Source: a virus
Virus record (IMG/VR): IMGVR_UViG_3300050821_006746
Location: 32,001-96,000 of that record
DNA length: 64,000 bases
Direction: 5' to 3' (one strand)
Both the position numbers and the translations under genes were made by a program. Numbering within the stretch: position 1 is the first letter of the stretch; each line of letters begins with the position of its first letter. This document shows, piece by piece, positions 33,793 to 45,125 of the stretch. Below the pieces are notes generated by a model. It did not search any database and was not told the origin of the DNA. It saw only the letters and a program-made list of their open reading frames with translations.

Positions 33793-33866
33793 CTTTATTG
33801 ATGTCGTCGTTTATAATTATTTTGTGAAAGACGCAGTGCAGTAATTATAAACGGAGGTTTCCCTTT

Positions 33867-34502
33867 ATGAAGGAGAATGAGAAACGATGTTCTGTATGTA
33901 AAAAAGATTTACCTGCCACTCCAGAATTTTTTTATCGTAAGCGATCCCGTAAAGATGGTTTTAGTTCTAAGTGTAAGGGATGTGAAAACGAGAAAATCAA
34001 AGAACGCTTGTCATTGCCAGATGTTAGGGAGCGCAAATTGGCTTATGACAAAGCGTATGCTAGACGTTTAGAGGTGCGCGAGCATCGTAAGAAGTATTGC
34101 GATGTTTATTTTAGTGATCCAGAGGTCCAAAAACATGCTACCGTTCGGCGCAAAGGTTATCGTCAACTTCCCAAAGTTCGGGGCAACAGGCGTGTTGCGG
34201 ATCACACTCGTAGAATGCGAAAGAAAGCAATTTTAGGTGTATTTACTTCTCGACAGATCCAAGAACAGTTAAAACGGCAACGCTACCGCTGTTACTATGC
34301 GGCGTGTGGTTATGCCAAATTTGAAAAATGTGACGGGAAATACATCTATCATATCGATCATACTTTTCCCGTTAGCCGCATTGCTGGTATGGATATCCCA
34401 GCAAATGATATCGGCTATTTGGTATTAGCGTGTCCTTCTTGCAATCACAAGAAAAGCAACAAATTCCCATGGGAATGGCCTGAAGGTGGAAGATTGCTAT
34501 AG
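33867..34502 (+). CDS. HNH homing endonuclease
   Basis: CSVC...CKGC N-terminus; HIDH...LVLACPSCNHKKSNK. Confidence 0.88.
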   Translation: MKENEKRCSVCKKDLPATPEFFYRKRSRKDGFSSKCKGCENEKIKERLSLPDVRERKLAYDKAYARRLEVREHRKKYCDVYFSDPEVQKHATVRRKGYRQLPKVRGNRRVADHTRRMRKKAILGVFTSRQIQEQLKRQRYRCYYAACGYAKFEKCDGKYIYHIDHTFPVSRIAGMDIPANDIGYLVLACPSCNHKKSNKFPWEWPEGGRLL

Positions 34503-36773
34503 TTGAATTAACAATTAACATAGTGGGGCGGCTAATCCCGCCTCTGAGGAGAAACTGCAATGAACGCACAGAACGCGCAATCAATCGGCTATGAGGATGG
34601 CAAGACCTACATTAGTGGTTTCCTTGCCAATCGCGAAATGACGTTTGCCGAAGCAAGCAAACTGATGGATCTCGAATTTATTACTTTGCAGGCTGCACGC
34701 AATGTGGCAGAGCACACATATCGCGTACAGAGCAAGCGTACTGTCGATTTGTATGTGCAGGGTGCGCATGATGCATGGGAGGCTTGTGTGGCAACGTCTC
34801 AACGTGAAGCCGAAGAATCGGCGCGGCGTGCTGCTGTGGAGCACAACCCGAATACGCGATTTTGCACGTGCGCGGCGTGTAGCGGTAAAGGAGAATAGCA
34901 TGATAGGTTACTATGTTTGGTTTAATCATACGATCCATCGGTATGCGTTTACGCGTCAACATGTAAAGCCAACGAATGATCCGACGTGGGAATGGGTGGG
35001 ACATACTGATCACGGTGTTTTCGCTCAGGCGTATCTGCAAGAAGGTGGACCTGACTACTACAAAGTTGGAGAGAAAATAGCATGAATGATAACCCCATGC
35101 GCGATGTTATCGAGCAGATGAAAGCCGCTGCTCAACGCGAAGGCAAGCAGCAGACTAGCTTACAGGCGAAGGCGGCAATGGAGCTAAACAGAATCGACAT
35201 TGAGATGATTATCAGCCAATTGCTGATTGCTGGCATGGAACAAGAGCGGATTGCTGAGAAGGTGAGGGTACCGGATGGCTATCTGGAAATGGCGCAGTAC
35301 TTTCGGGATCTCTCGGCACGCATGAAAGCGTTTTGTGATGGGTCTAGTGCTGAGAAGTTTGTGCTGCGGGAAGGGGAATAGACATGAGCGAATTGGCATG
35401 GAAAATTATCGCTGCCTTCTTTGTTGGTGAGGGGTTTAATCGTTTTACACAGGAAGGGATGTCGTGCTCTCTTGCGGGATGGACATTGAAAAAATTGTTA
35501 GATACTGACGAATCCATCGATGCCGCTCAAGTGCTGCATGGAAGCGAGTTAACGCAAAGTAAATGGGAGTGCGCATTGCGCGAGTTGGTGGATCTGGGAT
35601 TGATCGAAGAGAACCCGAATTTGGGAGAACGCTGGCGATTGGTGGTAAAGACTTCTAAGCAGCAATAGCACACATCTACACAACATGCTATACTCTTCCC
35701 AATGTTGGCGACTTGCTCAGCAGGTCGCTTTTTTGTTTGGAGCACAACATGCCATTTCAGTCAATCGATTTGCTTAAAGACGCCTCTATAACCATAGGAG
35801 AGCATACCTATCCAATTACACACTTCGCCTCATCCACGTCAGAGATGATCGATCAGGTTGCACATTTTAGCCGCACGTGGGATGAACGGCGTGGCGATAT
35901 CCATTTTGAAACGTACACGGATGTAGAGTTAACCCCCTATGGAAGAGCAGTTATACAAGAATACCTCTCTAATGGACAATGCTGCGATGTCACGATCAAT
36001 TATGGTTATTCCCCTGTGGTAGCATCGTCTAGGCGACCGTGCCCACGCAACACCCGCATTCAGCGAGTGCAAGCCAAACGTAAGGCACTGTACCTGGGCC
36101 ACAATGGCAAATGTTGCTCGCTACGCACTCGTAAAGCGTCGCTAGCACTCAGGAAGGCAGAGCAACGCTGGTATCTCGATATGAGCGCTGAGCAGCCTGT
36201 GGCGAGCGAATATGAGCGTGTGTCTCCACGAGTAGCTAGGAAGCAGGCGAGCGATGCGAGGCGGTTCTATCGGAGCTTTGGGCCACTAAAGAATGATCCC
36301 AACTATCTCGATTTGGGTGAATACTTCGATCGAGAGATTGCGTACGCATTTACTGTGCCTGACCATGAGATTGGAGAAACATATAATGGATGAGCACGAG
36401 ATACTTGGTAAGATTGCCTACGAGGCGTATGAGCAAGCTTACAGTTGGGTTCGTCGTGGGCTGCTTGGATGGGATAAGTTGAGAGAGGACGAGAAACAGC
36501 CGTGGATAGCCGTTGGGCAAGCCGTCGCTGAGCGGGTGATAGCAGATTTGCAAACAGCGGTGGAGGCTAGCGAATGACTTTATATGTTTCCAAAGAGCAG
36601 GCCAGGAGTATGATGGTTGAGCACTGCTTGAGGTGCCACAAAGTACGTAGCCTGGGCTTTTATCAGCTAACTGAGCAAACACCTGTGATGATTTCCGTGA
36701 GCGAGGATCGACTGACGCAAGCAGTAAGTATACAAGAGTTTTGTGATTGTGACGAGCGAAAAGAGGCGAGTGA

Positions 36774-37003
36774 ATGACAGATGAGCAGTTACGTCTTATG
36801 GCTGAGATACTTGCTCGCTTGTTTTAGGCAGCGATTGGACTGTGCTATACAACGCGTGGGGTGCGAATGTGGGTCAGTGTCGCTATTGCGGTGCGGTTGG
36901 GGAAATCTACTATCCCGATATCCACTATAAGCACCAGGAGAAATGCCCCATTAATTTGTGTGTACAATTAAACCAGTCATTGCAGGTTAACGCCGCCCCA
37001 TAA
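36774..37003 (+). pseudogene. Frameshifted small Cys/His-rich gene
   Basis: Coupled ATG gives 17 aa then TAG; the -1 frame continues 59 codons with CRYC...HQEKC. Confidence 0.45.
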
Positions 37004-37007
37004 AAGA

Positions 37008-37050
37008 GATGGCAGGTAATCCGTACTTACATTCTGGATTACCCACCATC
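37008..37050. terminator. Hairpin between convergent blocks
   Basis: GATGG..GGTAATCC / GGATTACC..CCATC. Confidence 0.55.
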
Positions 37051-40003
37051 TAAGCCTACTCGTTTGGTTATTCTAAAATTTGTGGCGTATTTGCGAGCCT
37101 GGATATCTGTTTATCCAAAGAGTATGCTATGAGTAGACGTGAGCAGAATAGCATATCTCGACATCCTGTGCAAGAGCAATCAGCCAAACAGGCTACTACT
37201 CTAAATCTGGCAGCGGTATTGTGTTGCTGAGTTCCAGACATTCTCGTACATCGTAGAGCGGTGTGATTATCGGCTTTTTGCCCATATAGGGGTTGTATAT
37301 GTATGCCGATGGCTCTTGTGTAACTACACGATTGGTGGCTTCTACCTCTTCCTTGCGCATCAGCCATTGCGGTGCGGCGGCATGTGCAAAATAGCACACC
37401 TTGCCGAGACATTGCTCTGCGTTGGCGTCCGTTGCTCTGGTGAAAGTGAGCGTGCAGACAGTGCATCGGTATCTGAGCGTTGGCTTGCCGTAGATATTAT
37501 CTACGTGTTCTCCCACGAGCTGATGTGCGAGGTGCGGTTTGCGGGTAAAGATTTTGAACATGATTATCTCCTGTACTCAGGTGGTGGCAATAGTATCTTA
37601 CAGCCAGGGCACGCCCAAATTCTTGTGTCATTGGCGTAGTACTCATACCATTGCTTGCGGAGCGGGTTTACTTCGGTGGGATCTAAGGCTGCTTGTTCTC
37701 TTTCCGTTGGCGTGCTCATGCTTGCTCCCTCTTTTTCTGTTCTACCAGTGTGGTGCATCGTTCTGGAATACCTTCAACCATTGAAAGTATGTGAAGTGTA
37801 TGTCCTTGTCGATCGCCTTCAGGAAAATACTTTTCTACGCTTTCTTTAATTTGAGCCAATGCCCCTGACAAGAATCGCATGTGGTTTATTATCTCTTCTT
37901 TATCGTCTGGCGTTATCTTACTCATTAGTGCTCCTTCATTCTCCAGTGGATTGTCTCTTGCAACGCCTGATTAGGCGAGAAGCCTAACCGTCCATCCATG
38001 CGCTTATTGCGATAGCCGAAGTAACGGCATAAGAGGAGAAATAGTGCATTTTCGTCGATGTCGAGTGCTTCTAGCACTTCAATATTTTCGCGGTCTTCGT
38101 CACTGAGTTTCATTAGTGCTCCTCTTCTCGTCTTTGTGCATCCATAGTCAATCTGGTCAAGTAGCGATGCCAGTCCCATTTACGATCCTCCGAATAAATC
38201 CAGCCTGGCAACACTACGCCGGGACCTATTTTGCTGTCTCTCGTGTCGTTGTTGTAGACAAGCGTGTCAATTGCCATCGCTAAGGCTGTGCGGTAGACAC
38301 GCAACTCTTCCTCTGGGCTACTATAACCAGAATTGTATCTATCACTCAGTTTCCACCGAAGATCAGCAAGATTTCTGTTTTGGTCTTCGGTGCCGTCTGT
38401 AAAAGAATTGTGAATCATGATTGTGCTCCTTGCTCTGACTCAGGATCTATCTTTTCGCCCAAATACCGCATGAGCACCCAGTCCGCGCCCACTTTCCGTG
38501 TAGGGTCGTAGTCTTCGGGCGTGCCATTCCATTCCTCGATAGCCTTGAGCAGCGATTGTCGCTCTTTGTCGGGGAGAAAACTGAGATCAAAGTCATTGCA
38601 CCCATGATTGCTATATTGATCGGATGCGAGATCAAGCAACATTGCTATGAGTTTGCGTTCATAGGATTTGAGTCTTGCCATTAATGTGTCCCTTTATTTG
38701 CTCTACGTTTCTTCTTCAACCCGAAATGATAAATCCATTGCTCAGTTTGTATGTGAAACCAGCAGTACACGCCACTATTCGGGCATATGGGCATCTCTTT
38801 GCCGGATTCCAGGCAGAGTGGACAAAGTTGCTTTTTCATCAATGTGCTCCCTTTAAACATGGACATGGTAGTTATCGCTACAGTCATACATGAGAGCGAA
38901 CTCGCTTCCGTTGCAGTTTTCAATGTGATGCATTGCAATATCTTTTAGCCCATCTAATTCGTAAAATTGGATGATACTTCGCGAAAGCGCAAGGTCAAAG
39001 CCTCTTTGCCGATTTGTTTTAAGTCTTGCGGCAATGACTGGCATTCGATCATGCACGCGATAAACGATGGTTATGGTAAAGTCGTGCTCTTCTATGAGTG
39101 TTGTGAGCGTTTGTATGATGTCCTCTTCATTCATGACGTGCTCCCTTTAGCCTCGCCTCAAGTTCTGCGATTTGCTTCTCGTACTTCTGTGCTCCCTCCT
39201 GATAAGTGAGCATGTTCTTGCATGCGCTCTCCGCTCGTTTTTGTGCATCTTGCAATTCGTGTTGCAGTTCTCTCAGGTTCTCCCAATCTGAACCGCTTTT
39301 CTTGATCCACTCTTCCAACGTGCCTTCGGGATCTCGCATGTACTCAGCAATGTCTTTGGCGGCATTGGCTGCTACTTGTGACTGTGAGAGATCACCGCAA
39401 TAATCACTGTACTCTCTGATAAAAGGTTGCTGGTCTTTGCGTGCAGGCGGATACGTGACAGTGCAATCTGTTTTGCTGTCACCATCATAGTTGCTGTGCG
39501 TGTAGATGATGTGGATATCAAATTCGTGTACTTCGGTTGGCATGGGTTAATTCTCCTGTTTCAGTGCCATTCGCTCAATATAGCTGCGTGATGCCTCTCC
39601 CTCTGCTGTGGTAGCAGGGACAACTCGCACAGCCACAGCCACGCTATTGTCATTATCCGAGTATGGTACCTGCCAATCCTCTGTTTGCATGGTGTTGTTA
39701 GCGTTATGGAATACATCTGTTACGATAAAGAGGAGTGGCGTTTGATGCGGCAAGTCCTCGCCCGTTGGGGTGCGTATATGAGCAGTGAGACGAAGCGAGA
39801 TCTTTTCTCCAATGCGCGGAACAACGGGCGAGCGATACGCACCAATCTCTACTATGACCCCGGTTCTGTCATTCACTGCCTCTAAATAAATATCCATGTA
39901 TATGCTCCTTTACTCTATGCCGAGCAATGCGGCCAATTGATCGCCATGCTTGTTCTCTGCTCGTTTCAGACTTGCCAGATAGCGGCCTGTGGTTGCGAGT
40001 GAT

Positions 40004-40939
40004 TTAATACATGTTATCCGTTTTACCGGCTTCCAGTTCATCTAGTACATAATGGTCTACGGTTGTTTGTATTCTTTTGTGCCTTAAAGCTTTTTGGGCG
40101 AGTCTGATATCTTCTTTGGCTAAGATCGTGCCTACGAAGCGCCGAAAGTCATGCGGCTTAATATGCTCCAATTCACAACGACTGGCGTACTTTTGCACTG
40201 CATTCCAGATTGCTTGAGGTGTGATTGGTTTAAGGAGTATTTTTTCTCCTCTGCCCGTGAATGACGTAAAGATGTATTCGCATTCTATTGGACGTGCTAT
40301 AAGCCATGCTGTTATGGATGTGTGCGCCTCTTTGCTCAGGAAGGCGCTTACTGGCTTGATCTCGTTCTTGCCGCGTACTTTCAGCACATAGCCACCTTCT
40401 TGCTCCTCTATCTGGCTTTGTTTGAGTGTTGCCAGTTCGCTAGCTCGTATGCCAGAACTGGCAAGGGTATGGAGTAGAGCGCGGTCACGCAATCCTACCA
40501 GTGTAGCCGTGTTTGGCATCTCGCAGAGACGGCGCATATCCTCTGGTTTGATGCGAGTTCTAGCGTGTGGTTTGAGTTTGTCAGGATCGATCTTGACGCC
40601 TTCAATGTCTCTGAACTCTTCATAGATGGACCTGTCAATGAGTTTTCGTTTTTGAGCCTCTTTTATTATGCGTTTGATTGCTGACATCATACGATTGATC
40701 GTGTTGCTACTTTTGAAGGTTCCATCCTCTTGAGGCGTTAGAAGCATCCAATCGCGCCACTCTCGCATGGTTTGCGCGTCCATAATGTCTAGCTCTTTCT
40801 CTGATGCGAAATGCTGATAACTAGAAATGGAGTACTTGTACATTTTAATAGAAGAGTCAGCCAGATCATAGGTGAGCCAGTTTTGTAAATTCTGGCTCAC
40901 TGTATGGAGTGCGCTGTGTGGTACAAGTTGCCGATCCAT
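40004..40939 (-). CDS. Tyrosine recombinase (Xer/Cre-like, no arm-binding domain)
   Basis: RDRALL..SSGIRASEL, GK, PHDFRR, LRHK, HY; start at 40939 after GGAGG, coupled to the upstream stop. Confidence 0.93.
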   Translation of the reverse strand: MDRQLVPHSALHTVSQNLQNWLTYDLADSSIKMYKYSISSYQHFASEKELDIMDAQTMREWRDWMLLTPQEDGTFKSSNTINRMMSAIKRIIKEAQKRKLIDRSIYEEFRDIEGVKIDPDKLKPHARTRIKPEDMRRLCEMPNTATLVGLRDRALLHTLASSGIRASELATLKQSQIEEQEGGYVLKVRGKNEIKPVSAFLSKEAHTSITAWLIARPIECEYIFTSFTGRGEKILLKPITPQAIWNAVQKYASRCELEHIKPHDFRRFVGTILAKEDIRLAQKALRHKRIQTTVDHYVLDELEAGKTDNMY

Positions 40940-41418
40940 TAAACTTCCTCCTGTACGTAGCTCTCGATATACTGCAAAAGTGATTTTACTCTTTCCGGTT
41001 TTTCTTCCAGCAAACCAAGAGCCTGATTGCATGCACTACATAGCAAGCCTCTGACTCTTCCTGTGGTATGGCAGTGATCGACATGGAGCATAGGAATACG
41101 GTTTATTGTGCGCTTGCTTCTACCCGCATTATTGGTTTCTGGTTTTCCACAACAAGCGCATACACCGCTCTGCCCTTCTAGCATCCTCTCGTAGTCCTCT
41201 AGGTTAATGCCATATGCAACTCGAAGTTGTGCATCCTTCATTTTTCGGTAGTCGTATGATGCGTGTTTATGTGATGCAACGCAGACCTTACACCACGACT
41301 CTACCCCAAATGCTTTCTTGGGAGCAGGTGAATACTCAGATAGATTTTTGTGTTCTTTGCATCTCGAACATAGTTTTCTTCCCAGAGCATCTAATTCAAC
41401 GCGCTGACCTCTTGCCAT
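40939..41418 (-). CDS. Recombination endonuclease VII family protein
   Basis: YGINLEDYERMLEGQSGVCACC, LHVDHCHTTGRVRGLLCSACNQALG. Confidence 0.92.
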   Translation of the reverse strand: MARGQRVELDALGRKLCSRCKEHKNLSEYSPAPKKAFGVESWCKVCVASHKHASYDYRKMKDAQLRVAYGINLEDYERMLEGQSGVCACCGKPETNNAGRSKRTINRIPMLHVDHCHTTGRVRGLLCSACNQALGLLEEKPERVKSLLQYIESYVQEEV

Positions 41419-41482
41419 GAAAATCTTCCTTTCAAAACCATCACGGGCTAAATAGGCATTTAATCAACCTATCTTCTCCTTG

Positions 41483-41511
41483 ATTATAGCAGATCATACC
41501 CCACTTGTCCA
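41483..41511 (-). promoter_or_regulatory. Promoter of the endoVII-recombinase operon
   Basis: TGGACA-17-TATAAT with TG extension. Confidence 0.7.
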
Positions 41512-41990
41512 CACTTTATCGATGCATATCAAATCGTCCTATGCTACTCGACGTGTTCCAGGTTGGCACGTATTGCGAGTTTGCGATGCCTGGCAGAAAA
41601 GAGTATGATAGGCGAAATAGCAGAGGAGTAAATATGCAAGAATATTCAGACTTTATCGAGCAAATAGTAGCGGCAATGAAACCGCTCATTGGTAGCATCG
41701 AAACAAGCGAGGTCAGGAAGTACGGATTGGAAGCGGCTTCTGTTGTATATGATAGGCTGATCCCTCATTGGAATACTGGCGGCGGTTCTGGTATGCCTAA
41801 CCCACAGGTAACGCCAAAGGAGGTGGCTGTAGCAGAGACGTTCACTAAGGCTTGCCACAAATTGCAACTTACCGTGGAGCATGAGGTGAACATGATGCAC
41901 AAGGCTGGCTAAGGATTAACCTCTAGACAATACGAGAGCGCTGAGCAGGTAGCCAGCGCTCTTTGTTTGCTCGTTATGCTATAATCGTCA

Positions 41991-42210
41991 CGTGGTCCCC
42001 AATCCACGAAGCTAACAGTGAGGGATGTTGACGATAGATGCTCGTCCTGCAAGTTGAACATCAATCAGTCAACATCCTCGTCGGAATGGTTCACCATCGG
42101 CGTAAGAGGTACGGTATAGCCGCTAAGTATCTGGTACTCACTCCAGTAAACCTCGCAAAAAGAGCACGACCTATGCATCCTTCGGGATAGCGGGTAACGC
42201 GCTCTTTTTG
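41991..42210 (+). ncRNA. Putative structured ncRNA 1
   Basis: Extended -10 TGCTATAAT (41977-41985); multiple stems; CUUCGG tetraloop; closing AAAAAGAGC/GCTCTTTTT. Confidence 0.6.
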
Positions 42211-42243
42211 TTTGATTGACAGTCGTGATAGCATATATTTGGT

Positions 42244-42312
42244 TCACCTGTATGCAAATGGTAAGCATAGGGTCGCGCCCAAGATTGCAGGTTTCGATCC
42301 CTGGCAGGTGCA
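42244..42312 (+). tRNA. tRNA-like element with truncated anticodon arm (no assignable anticodon)
   Basis: CACCTG/CAGGTG acceptor stem; TGC-AAATGGTAA-GCA D-arm; CAGG-TTTCGATC-CCTG T-arm; only GGGTCGCGCCC at the anticodon position. Confidence 0.55.
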
Positions 42313-42444
42313 TTGCTCACCTGCCATGTGCAGGAAGAGCAACGGTGTCGCTACTAAGGGACAAGCGAAGTGTACATGCGCCCCAACCAACGACGCTAGC
42401 AAACGACCTCTTGTAGAGGGAAGTGCTCTCAGCAGAGTGAGAGG

Positions 42445-42490
42445 ATAGCACCGGAGAATTAACTAGCTCCGGTGCTATTTTTGTTTTTTT
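42445..42490 (+). terminator. Intrinsic terminator of ncRNA unit 2
   Basis: 12-bp perfect stem ATAGCACCGGAG/CTCCGGTGCTAT plus T tract. Confidence 0.85.
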
Positions 42491-42868
42491 GCGTGTTACA
42501 CAAGAATATTTCTTGGCTCAATGTTGAACCCCAACCAATCTGCCAAATCCATAAACTCTTGATGCGTCATTGTAATAGCGCAAGTATCATTGATGGGATT
42601 ATCTGTGATTTGCAGACCTCTTTGGCAAAATCCGGCGATATATGCTTCACAGAAGCATCGGCGCAACATACTTCATAAACCATGTTGGTGCTGAATATAC
42701 CCGCTCAGACCCCTTCCAGGCTTATCTGACGTGTATCAAATTGAAAGAAAGCCAAGATATTCTTGGCTTTCTCAGACAGGCGGTTCTATTGAAAAGGTTG
42801 CTCGGACTGCGGCAAGATATGCATCACAGGGCCATTCTGATATATCCCACACAAACCAAAATACATCC

Positions 42869-42927
42869 TTTACAAGTGACCATTTTGGGCCTATAATACA
42901 AAGTGTTGTGACCGAAAATGGTCACTT
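42869..42927 (+). promoter_or_regulatory. Promoter with 13-bp inverted-repeat operator
   Basis: TTTACA-17-TATAAT; AAGTGACCATTTT (42874) / AAAATGGTCACTT (42915). Confidence 0.65.
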
Positions 42928-42948
42928 ATCAAGAAAGGGATATGTGAT

Positions 42949-43446
42949 ATGACCCAAAAACAATGGCTGATGGAGCATGAGCATCTCTGGGATCTTGTGT
43001 TTGCTCTGGGAACAGAAATCGAGCGGATAAAGGCCAATGATGGTGTTGACAGTCTGCATCTGAAAAAGCTGAAAAAACTCCGAGAGCTTTTTCAGGCCAT
43101 GATCGAGAATGCCGAATGGGAGTACCACGAGGACACTGGAGAGCGTCACCGGCCCGCAGAGCGGGTGATGATCTCGCTCATCCCACATAGCGACGATTGG
43201 TGGTCCGATCCTTACGCTGTGGTCCCTGTTGCGGGCCAAACGGCAACCATGGGCAAGCAGCGATGGGCAGTTCTCGAGAAAGGGGCAGGCCGCCCTGTGG
43301 GAGAGAAAACCTACTCTCAGAAGACCCACGCCTACCGCGCTTGTCGCAGGCTCAACGATGCGGCCCGGCAGGCATTTGAGGACAAGCGCGGATGGTTTCC
43401 GACTCCTGCCCTGGCTACTGAAGCGGAGAGCAGCCTGGCGCAGTGA
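42949..43446 (+). CDS. Hypothetical moron-like protein
   Basis: Own promoter and SD; visibly GC-richer 3' half. Confidence 0.7.
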   Translation: MTQKQWLMEHEHLWDLVFALGTEIERIKANDGVDSLHLKKLKKLRELFQAMIENAEWEYHEDTGERHRPAERVMISLIPHSDDWWSDPYAVVPVAGQTATMGKQRWAVLEKGAGRPVGEKTYSQKTHAYRACRRLNDAARQAFEDKRGWFPTPALATEAESSLAQ

Positions 43447-44448
43447 ATTTATGTGAAGCATCTAATGGCCCGTGAAGCATATTTTGGCAGTGAACATTCG
43501 GGACAAAAGCATCAAATGCTCTGAAAAGAGAACAAAATGACTCACTGCTTCAATATGCTTCACAAATCAGAATCGCTGCCAACATATCCTACAGAAAACC
43601 TATTAGCTCGTTAGTGTCAAGCCGCTTCTGGCGTCAAGGCACTGCCACGATATGGGTAATAGCCGTTGTCAGAATATGCATAAAATCACATTATCAGTGT
43701 TATCGGGGCAGCAGAGAATAGAGATGAAATCGTCGTTCTCCCTAAATTGCAACTCGCTATCAATGCCGCGTATTGACCATACTCCCATTATGCCCTCTCT
43801 TTGTCGTCGCTTTTCTCAACATTTCGTATTGCCACATAGCCATCTCGCCACCCTGCAATTTCCATCGGTTTTCCAGGGATATTCAGCGTCCACTTTGAAT
43901 CGTTGTCTTCTTCTTGTGTGACCGCCTCCGTGATTTGCCGCAATCGCTCTACTCGCTGATCCTCTGGCAGTTCACGCAGCCAGAACAAGACCAGGCTTTG
44001 CATCTCATCATTGGTGAGCGGTGAGTACGAGAAGCCCCATTCGTCGCATCCTTGCCCTGTTTTTATCTCGATATCGTCGCAACAGTTTGTGATAACTGTA
44101 ACCTCATCGGTGATTCTTTGCTGGCTCATTGCGGCTGCTTCCCATGCTTTTCCAGAATGCGCATCCACATGCGATCTTTCTTCTGCTCTTCCACTGAGAG
44201 ATGCTAGGGCAATGGGTGATCCACAATGTGACGATAATCGCCTAGTGCTATGCGTTTGCCGCAGATGCTACAAGGCACGCCTCTAATGAGAATTGACGCT
44301 GGAATGATACAGAGTAACAAGAGCACGATCATTGCTACAAGGAAAAAGTAAATCATTTTAACCTCCTGATTCTCGCGATTATACCATAGTCGCCACAAAG
44401 CTAAAACAACCTGAAACAAGACGGACAACATGAAATGAACTGGCACGG

Positions 44449-44611
44449 TTGTATAGACAAGCGATATAGAGTACAATTGCTGTGGATAGTGGTTTTCGTT
44501 CTGCTTTGGAGTGGTCATTGTTGGTAGCTCTCCTTATCGCAATTGAAACTGCCAATCCGGTGCGGTTGGCAGCGTGCTCTAGCCGATCATGTACGTGTGA
44601 TTGGCGTTTTT
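44449..44611 (+). promoter_or_regulatory. Putative late promoter with leader terminator
   Basis: TTGTAT-17-TACAAT; hairpin GCCGATCAT/GTGATTGGC plus TTTTT just before terS. Confidence 0.5.
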
Positions 44612-44630
44612 GCATGTCTGGAGATCAGTG

Positions 44631-45125
44631 GTGAGCACCGATGATACACCAGAGGAGAGCGCAAAGGCTTATCAGGCTTTTCTCGATTATCGTGACATGG
44701 GTGTGAATAGAAGCCTGGCGAAACTTAACGAGCGATACGGCAAAAAAGCGTCATATATACGTCAATTACAAAAGTGGTCTGCCTTGTATGATTGGCAGGC
44801 ACGCATAAAGCAATTTGAGCAGGAACAAGCAGAGGAGCGAGCGGCCAAGATCCAAGCAGATCTTGATGAGATGAACGAGCGTCATGTGAAATTGGCGGTT
44901 GAGCAACAAGAGAAAGCCAGGAAGCAAATTGAGGATCTTATCAATGCTAGGGCATTTGGGAGTCAGGCGGTTGTGCAGTTGCTCAAAATCGCAACGGACC
45001 TAGAACGGTTGGCGCGTGGTGCTCCAACTGAGCGAGAAGAAATAACAGGTAGTATCAGCCATAAGGTTGTTTTTATGGTTCCACAGAAAGGGGAGAAGCG
45101 CAACAATGATAACGATGTCTCCTGA
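44631..45125 (+). CDS. terS: Terminase small subunit
   Basis: ESAKAYQAFLDYRDMGVNRSL...KWSALYDWQAR; immediately upstream of terL. Confidence 0.8.
   Translation: MSTDDTPEESAKAYQAFLDYRDMGVNRSLAKLNERYGKKASYIRQLQKWSALYDWQARIKQFEQEQAEERAAKIQADLDEMNERHVKLAVEQQEKARKQIEDLINARAFGSQAVVQLLKIATDLERLARGAPTEREEITGSISHKVVFMVPQKGEKRNNDNDVS

Noticed and set aside
41991-42030. Pistol-ribozyme-like CGTGG/CCACG first stem
   Set aside because: Downstream conserved pistol nucleotides are not evident; kept only as an unknown ncRNA
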